Below the pieces are notes generated by a model that made no database searches, had not been told where the DNA came from, and saw only the letters and a program-made list of their open reading frames with translations. A stretch of 64,000 nucleotides of DNA from a virus, in IMG/VR virus record IMGVR_UViG_3300027759_000048. The stretch is one strand, 5' to 3'. The position numbers were made by a program, and so were the translations under genes. This document shows, one piece after another, positions 59,298 through 64,000 of this stretch (positions are counted from its first letter, which is position 1; every line of letters starts with the position of its first letter).

Positions 59298-61018
59298 TGT
59301 TAACCTTTCATTATGTCAAGTGGCGCAACTTTCTGTCCGCTGGTAATCAGTGGACAGAAATTTCTTTAGATACACATAAGAACACACTCATTATGGGACA
59401 CAACGGCTCGGGAAAGTCAACCTTTCTCGATGCCCTTACATTCGTTCTTTTCGGCAAACCTTTTCGTAAAGTTAGTAAAGGTAATGTTGTCAACTCTATC
59501 AATCAAAAGAATTGTGAGGTAGAGATTGAGTTTACATCAAGTAACAAAAGATACAAAGTAATCCGTGGTGCAAAGCCTAATGTGTTTGAAATCTTTTGTG
59601 AAGGTGTCAAAGTAAATCAAGACGCCGCAGTTAAAGATTACCAAGAGTATCTTGAAAAGTATATTATCAAGATGAACTACAAGTCCTTTACACAGATTGT
59701 TATTCTCGGCTCTGCCTCATTCACACCATTTATGCAGTTGTCTTCCAATGATCGTCGTGCCGTCATCGAAGAACTATTGGACATTCAAATCTTTACTGCC
59801 ATGACTAATGTGATCAAGACACGTTTACAAGTCAATCGTGAAGGTATCGAAAAGAACAAAATCACTCTTACAAGCAAAGAAGAAAATAAAACTTACATTG
59901 AACAGACATTGGCCTCATTAAAGGTCAATAATGAAAGTAAAGTTTCCGAATTGCGACTAAAAGAACAAGAACTAAAAGATAGTTTAGTTGCCGAACAAGC
60001 TATCATTTCCGACTTAGAAACAAAGAGAGATACCATCATTGAGAAAGGTGCTGATACCTCGGCATTGAAATCAAAGCATAGTAAGCTAATCAGTTTCAAG
60101 GCTAAGATGGAAGGTAACATGGATCGGTTTCAAACCGAGGCACATTTTCTAATGGAGAACAATACTTGTCCAACTTGTCATCAGGATATTGATACATCGT
60201 TCAAGAATGTTAGACTAGATGAAATAGGAAACAAAACTGGTGAACTTGCTGACGGACTAAATAAGGTTGAAGAACAGATTACTTCAATTCTAGCAGAGAT
60301 TGAAAAGATAGATGAAATTCTACGAAGCCTCAATCAAATTAAGATGGATCTTTCATCTGCTAAGTCTACCTATAAGCATATTTCTAATAATCTTAATCAA
60401 ATCATTGAACAGATTGAGTCCTTGGCGTCATCAGATAAAACCACCCAAGAGTCAGAACGACAACTCGAAACCGTCCAATATGATATTTCCACCCTCGAAG
60501 AAGAAAAGAAGACCCTTCTAGATGAGCGGACATACATCGACCTCGCTACTACTCTACTCAAAGATGGTGGAATCAAAACTAAGATCATTAAGCAATATCT
60601 CCCAATCATCAACAAGCACATCAATAAGTATCTGGCAAAACTTGGTTTCTTCGTCAACTTTAACATTAACGAGTCCTTTGAGGAAACAATCAAATCAAGA
60701 TACCGAGATGAGTTTTCATACCATAACTTTTCTGAGGGAGAGAAACTAAGAATTGATCTTGCTATTCTACTCACATGGCGTCAGGTTGCCAAGCTAAAGA
60801 ATAGCGTCAATGTCAATATACTTGTGTTTGATGAGATCCTAGATCGTGCTATGGATACAGCAGGTATAGATGAGTTCATTCGTATTATGTGGGATATAGG
60901 TCATGAAGGTGGAAACATCTTTGTTATCTCTCACAAAGATACAATGGTAGATAAGTTCCAAAGAACATTACAATTCCAAAAAGTGAAGAACTTTTCCACC
61001 TTGACAAACGATGGCTAG
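59297..61018 (+). CDS. gp46: Recombination ATPase gp46 (Rad50/SbcC-like)
   Basis: GHNGSGKST, CPTC zinc hook, FSEGEK signature, DEILD, ISH. Confidence 0.96.
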   Translation: MLTFHYVKWRNFLSAGNQWTEISLDTHKNTLIMGHNGSGKSTFLDALTFVLFGKPFRKVSKGNVVNSINQKNCEVEIEFTSSNKRYKVIRGAKPNVFEIFCEGVKVNQDAAVKDYQEYLEKYIIKMNYKSFTQIVILGSASFTPFMQLSSNDRRAVIEELLDIQIFTAMTNVIKTRLQVNREGIEKNKITLTSKEENKTYIEQTLASLKVNNESKVSELRLKEQELKDSLVAEQAIISDLETKRDTIIEKGADTSALKSKHSKLISFKAKMEGNMDRFQTEAHFLMENNTCPTCHQDIDTSFKNVRLDEIGNKTGELADGLNKVEEQITSILAEIEKIDEILRSLNQIKMDLSSAKSTYKHISNNLNQIIEQIESLASSDKTTQESERQLETVQYDISTLEEEKKTLLDERTYIDLATTLLKDGGIKTKIIKQYLPIINKHINKYLAKLGFFVNFNINESFEETIKSRYRDEFSYHNFSEGEKLRIDLAILLTWRQVAKLKNSVNVNILVFDEILDRAMDTAGIDEFIRIMWDIGHEGGNIFVISHKDTMVDKFQRTLQFQKVKNFSTLTNDG

Positions 61019-61029
61019 TGTAGTAGAAT
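61001..61029 (+). promoter_or_regulatory. Sigma70-like promoter for small-gene/modification cluster
   Basis: TTGACA-N17-TAGAAT. Confidence 0.7.
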
Positions 61030-61054
61030 GTATATCTAACTGAGAGGAATAGTT

Positions 61055-61168
61055 ATGATCACCTACGTTTATAATACACAGTTTGGTTATCAGCAATACA
61101 ACATCGACAATCTTTGGTTCGGTCTTTCACAGATGGGAGATGTTAATGTTTACCAAGAAACGAATTGA
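61055..61168 (+). CDS. 37-aa small protein (not in ORF track)
   Basis: SD GAGGA then ATG; MITYVYNTQFGYQQYNIDNLWFGLSQMGDVNVYQETN; directly after the promoter at 61001. Confidence 0.5.
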   Translation: MITYVYNTQFGYQQYNIDNLWFGLSQMGDVNVYQETN

Positions 61169-61382
61169 GTTCATTTTTGAATGGGCTTCTACATTCATTC
61201 TTCTTTGTGGAGCCGCACTAACATCCTTGAACATCTATCCTGCTAATGTTGTTCTATCACTAGCAGGCAATCTCGGATGGTTGGTTGTTTCACTAATGTG
61301 GCGTAAGCCATCACTAATAGTAATCCAGCTAGTGATATCATTCATATATGTTGCTGGTCTTATAGATAAAGGAGTTATCTAA
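61146..61382 (+). CDS. Small three-TM membrane protein
   Basis: W..T.....GA.LTS.NIYP.N......G..GW.....W...L; SD GGAG. Confidence 0.65.
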   Translation: MFTKKRIEFIFEWASTFILLCGAALTSLNIYPANVVLSLAGNLGWLVVSLMWRKPSLIVIQLVISFIYVAGLIDKGVI

Positions 61383-61489
61383 TGAGATACAATCACTGGT
61401 TTTGGAATAGCAGTTTCATAAATTGGTTGGCAAGTTTTGTCATTCGTGTCAATAACTATCTCTGGAGCAAACAGTATGGCAAAAACTGA
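61382..61489 (+). CDS. 35-aa Trp-rich peptide (not in ORF track)
   Basis: TAATG coupling; MRYNHWFWNSSFINWLASFVIRVNNYLWSKQYGKN. Confidence 0.45.
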   Translation: MRYNHWFWNSSFINWLASFVIRVNNYLWSKQYGKN

Positions 61490-61652
61490 TTCCAACAAAA
61501 ATCATTGCTACTCACAAGATTATAATAAGATGATCGCCTTCATACAAGAAGTTGGTAGTTTGAAACTGAAAAAAGACCGTAGCAATGAAATAGCTATAGT
61601 TCAAGAATACCTAGAGCAACGTGTCAAAGAAATCAAAGATAGGTGGAAATGA
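61476..61652 (+). CDS. Small hypothetical protein
   Basis: SD GGAG then ATG 61476; 58 aa. Confidence 0.55.
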   Translation: MAKTDSNKNHCYSQDYNKMIAFIQEVGSLKLKKDRSNEIAIVQEYLEQRVKEIKDRWK

Positions 61653-62449
61653 TAGATACTATATTAATGGACATTGTGAATGAACAATCAAAAGAACAAG
61701 ACGTAGCAGTATTACTATCAGGCGGCATTGACTCCATCTCTGTCGCCTTTGCTGCACATAGACTTGGCAAGACATTACATTGCTATACCATGTATGTTGA
61801 TGATGTCGTTTCTAAAGACGCACAGAACGCCATTGATACAGCAAAAGAGTTTAACTGGGATATCAATATCATTAATGTTCCTACTGTCAATATAGTGGGT
61901 GACTTTAAGCATTTGGTATCCCATTATAACTGTCAAAAGAAAACACAGCTAGAATGTACCTGGCCGTTTCTATATGTCTATCCCAATATCAAAGAGAAAG
62001 AACTACTGACAGGCTGGGGTGCTGATGGTTGGTATGGTGTATCTAAAAGAGCCTGCCTCCATTTCAAAGAGCCTAAAGAAAAGTTTGATGAGTTCCGCAA
62101 CGCATACTTTGCCGCTTCTAATCCAGTTGGTGTTAGACAGCAAGAGCAACTATGTGATGAACGTGGTATAAAGTTTATCGCTCCATACTTTGATGATCGT
62201 GTCCGAAATTATATGATGCAGTTTGATTGGTATGAGATGAACAGGCCATTCCAGAAAGTGAAAGTCGTCAGTGCCTTTCCTGAGTTCAAGAGAACAAAGG
62301 TAAGACGCCACGAGAACCTACAACTAGCAGCAAACATACCTAGTCAGTTTGAGAAACTGCTTGACAATCCCGAAATCAATCTCTATAATAGAAAACGAGT
62401 AATTGATCTTGTCCGTGATTGGCAAGACAAAGGAGAGTCGTTATTTTGA
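61649..62449 (+). CDS. Asparagine-synthetase-like ATP-dependent amide ligase (synthetase domain only)
   Basis: LLSGGIDS PP-loop, LTGWGADGWYG (cf. AsnB SGEGADE.FG), APYFD (cf. PFLD); no Ntn glutaminase domain. Confidence 0.8.
   Translation: MIDTILMDIVNEQSKEQDVAVLLSGGIDSISVAFAAHRLGKTLHCYTMYVDDVVSKDAQNAIDTAKEFNWDINIINVPTVNIVGDFKHLVSHYNCQKKTQLECTWPFLYVYPNIKEKELLTGWGADGWYGVSKRACLHFKEPKEKFDEFRNAYFAASNPVGVRQQEQLCDERGIKFIAPYFDDRVRNYMMQFDWYEMNRPFQKVKVVSAFPEFKRTKVRRHENLQLAANIPSQFEKLLDNPEINLYNRKRVIDLVRDWQDKGESLF
62361..62389 (+). promoter_or_regulatory. Perfect sigma70 promoter inside the amide ligase gene, driving MTase-cmoA
   Basis: TTGACA-N17-TATAAT. Confidence 0.75.
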
Positions 62450-63588
62450 AATACAAACCATATACTGTCAAAGATGTGAAGAAGGCTTCCGCTCAAAATA
62501 AGTTTTCCGTTATTAGTTGCTTCGCCGGTGGTGGTGGCAGTTCTACTGGCTATCGTCTTGCTGGTGGAAAGATATTATTGATTAATGAATTTGTGGAAGA
62601 AGCCATAGCGTCATATAAAAAGAACTATCCTGACACACCTGTTCTAGTTGATGATATCAAGAAATACGCCGGAAAAGACTTTTTAGACAAGGTTAAGCTA
62701 AAAGAAGGGGAGTTAGACATCCTCGACGGTTCCCCGCCATGCTCGGCTTTCTCTGTTGCGGGAAAACGGGAGAAAGGTTGGGACAAGACTAAGAGCTATT
62801 CTGACGGTAAGACGGTAGAGAATATCGAGGATTTATTCCTAGAGTTTATTCGTGTCGCTAATGAGATTAAGCCAAAGGTCATCGTGGCAGAGAATGTTAA
62901 AGGTATCACATTTGGTGAAGCAACTAAGAAGCTAAACGAGTTCATCAAAGCCTTTGAAGGTATTGGTTACTATGTCACATATAGAGTATTGAATGCTGCC
63001 GACTTTGGTGTTGCTCAAGGTAGAGAAAGAACAATCTTTATCTGTGTTCGTGAAGATGTAGCAGATGCCATCGGTTTATCGTTTCTCAATTTAGCAGGTA
63101 TCTTTCCAGATGAGTTTGGCTATCAGATATCAATGGAAGATGCTATTGACGATATCAAGAACGATCCAGAAGAAATCAAAGAGCTAAGAGACTTTTACGA
63201 AGGTTCGTTTCAGAAAAAGTTTCTTGACCCAATTCCTTTTAGACCAAAGCGGCATATGAAACCAAGTGACCCTGAGTTTCGTGAATGGAATCCCAAAGCA
63301 TCTTGCTTCAATATGATTAGACCTGCACCACATCTACCATGTCCAACATTAACACAGCAGGGACAGAAGAAAGGTTTGTCGGGTGTCTTTCATTATGCTG
63401 AGAACCGCAAGCTAACAATCAAAGAGCTAAAACGCCTTATGTCATTACCTGAAGATTATGAGTTGACAGGAACATTTGACCAGCAAGCAGAACGCATTGG
63501 TCGTATGGTTGCTCCAAAGATGATGGCAGAGGTTGCTAAGTCAATCTATGAGAATGTATTGAAACCATACAATGAGGTATCAAAATGA
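62446..63588 (+). CDS. C5 DNA cytosine methyltransferase homologue, predicted carboxymethyltransferase (motif X GRMV)
   Basis: FAGGGG (I), GSPPC (IV), ENV (VI), Q.RER (VIII), R.LT..E..R (IX), IGRMVAP (X). Probable TTG start at 62446 after AGGAG. Confidence 0.9.
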   Translation: MKYKPYTVKDVKKASAQNKFSVISCFAGGGGSSTGYRLAGGKILLINEFVEEAIASYKKNYPDTPVLVDDIKKYAGKDFLDKVKLKEGELDILDGSPPCSAFSVAGKREKGWDKTKSYSDGKTVENIEDLFLEFIRVANEIKPKVIVAENVKGITFGEATKKLNEFIKAFEGIGYYVTYRVLNAADFGVAQGRERTIFICVREDVADAIGLSFLNLAGIFPDEFGYQISMEDAIDDIKNDPEEIKELRDFYEGSFQKKFLDPIPFRPKRHMKPSDPEFREWNPKASCFNMIRPAPHLPCPTLTQQGQKKGLSGVFHYAENRKLTIKELKRLMSLPEDYELTGTFDQQAERIGRMVAPKMMAEVAKSIYENVLKPYNEVSK

Positions 63589-64000
63589 GTGATTATGATT
63601 TTACGTTTGCCCATCGTGACGAAGGCTTTGACAATCACATTGAAAAGTCCATTCGTGGTTATACACACCTACATGACGATGTTGTAAATTTGTCACGGTA
63701 TTATGTTGAAGATTGGACTAATGTAGTTGATATTGGATCATCAACTGGCAAGACGATTGAGGCAATGGCGATACAGAATGAAACTATTGCTCCTTCTGCC
63801 ACATACATTGGTGTAGAGGTTGCTACAGGCTTCAAGAATGATATGGAGAAACGCTTTACAGTTCTACGTGATAGATTTCCAGAAACATCTTTTGAGTTTG
63901 AGTTTTCCGATATTAGAAGCTATACCTTTTACAATTGTTCACTTGTAACATCTCTCTTTACTTTACAGTTCATGCCACCAAAAGACCGTGAAGAGGTTAT
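63585..64000 (+). CDS. cmoA: CmoA-like carboxy-SAM synthase (3' truncated; missing from ORF track)
   Basis: MSDYDFTF...FDNHIEKSIRGY...VVDIGSSTG...DIRSYTFYNCSLVTSLFTLQFMPPKDR aligns by eye with E. coli CmoA DWTF...F..MIQRSVPGY...VYDLGCSLG...DIR...NASMVVLNFTLQFL.P.ER; ATGA overlap. Confidence 0.85.
   Translation, partial: MSDYDFTFAHRDEGFDNHIEKSIRGYTHLHDDVVNLSRYYVEDWTNVVDIGSSTGKTIEAMAIQNETIAPSATYIGVEVATGFKNDMEKRFTVLRDRFPETSFEFEFSDIRSYTFYNCSLVTSLFTLQFMPPKDREEV

Noticed and set aside
61649-62449. QueC (7-deazaguanine pathway) assignment for the SGGxDS protein
   Set aside because: It lacks the QueC C-terminal Cys zinc motif and has AsnB-type GxGAD and P(F/Y)xD motifs; no queD/queE/folE/dpdA nearby.

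Overview
A 64-kb, essentially all plus-strand segment of a large T4-like myophage. The host is probably an alphaproteobacterium, inferred from its FtsH. Positions 1-31.9 kb hold a very large accessory tail-fibre/adhesin region: a 2133-aa Asn/aromatic heptad stalk plus about 25 modular fibre, adhesin and partner genes. Two radical-SAM genes follow (31.9-34.2 kb), then the T4 core virion module (gp13-gp23, gp3), then uvsY, uvsW, gp55, gp47, an inserted full-length ftsH, and gp46. The window ends in a translationally coupled cluster of an asparagine-synthetase-like amide ligase, a C5 cytosine MTase whose motif-X Asn is replaced by Arg, and a CmoA (carboxy-SAM synthase) homologue. That cluster predicts DNA hypermodification by cytosine carboxymethylation followed by amidation. 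Other highlights: (i) six N-terminal 'plug' modules match six 'socket' modules, suggesting a branched adhesin tree encoded in depth-first gene order; (ii) the portal gene appears to start at ATT; (iii) a 25-bp direct repeat creates an 11-aa mini-ORF; (iv) there is a perfect antisense sigma70 promoter upstream of gp55. All calls come from reading motifs by eye; no database searches were run.
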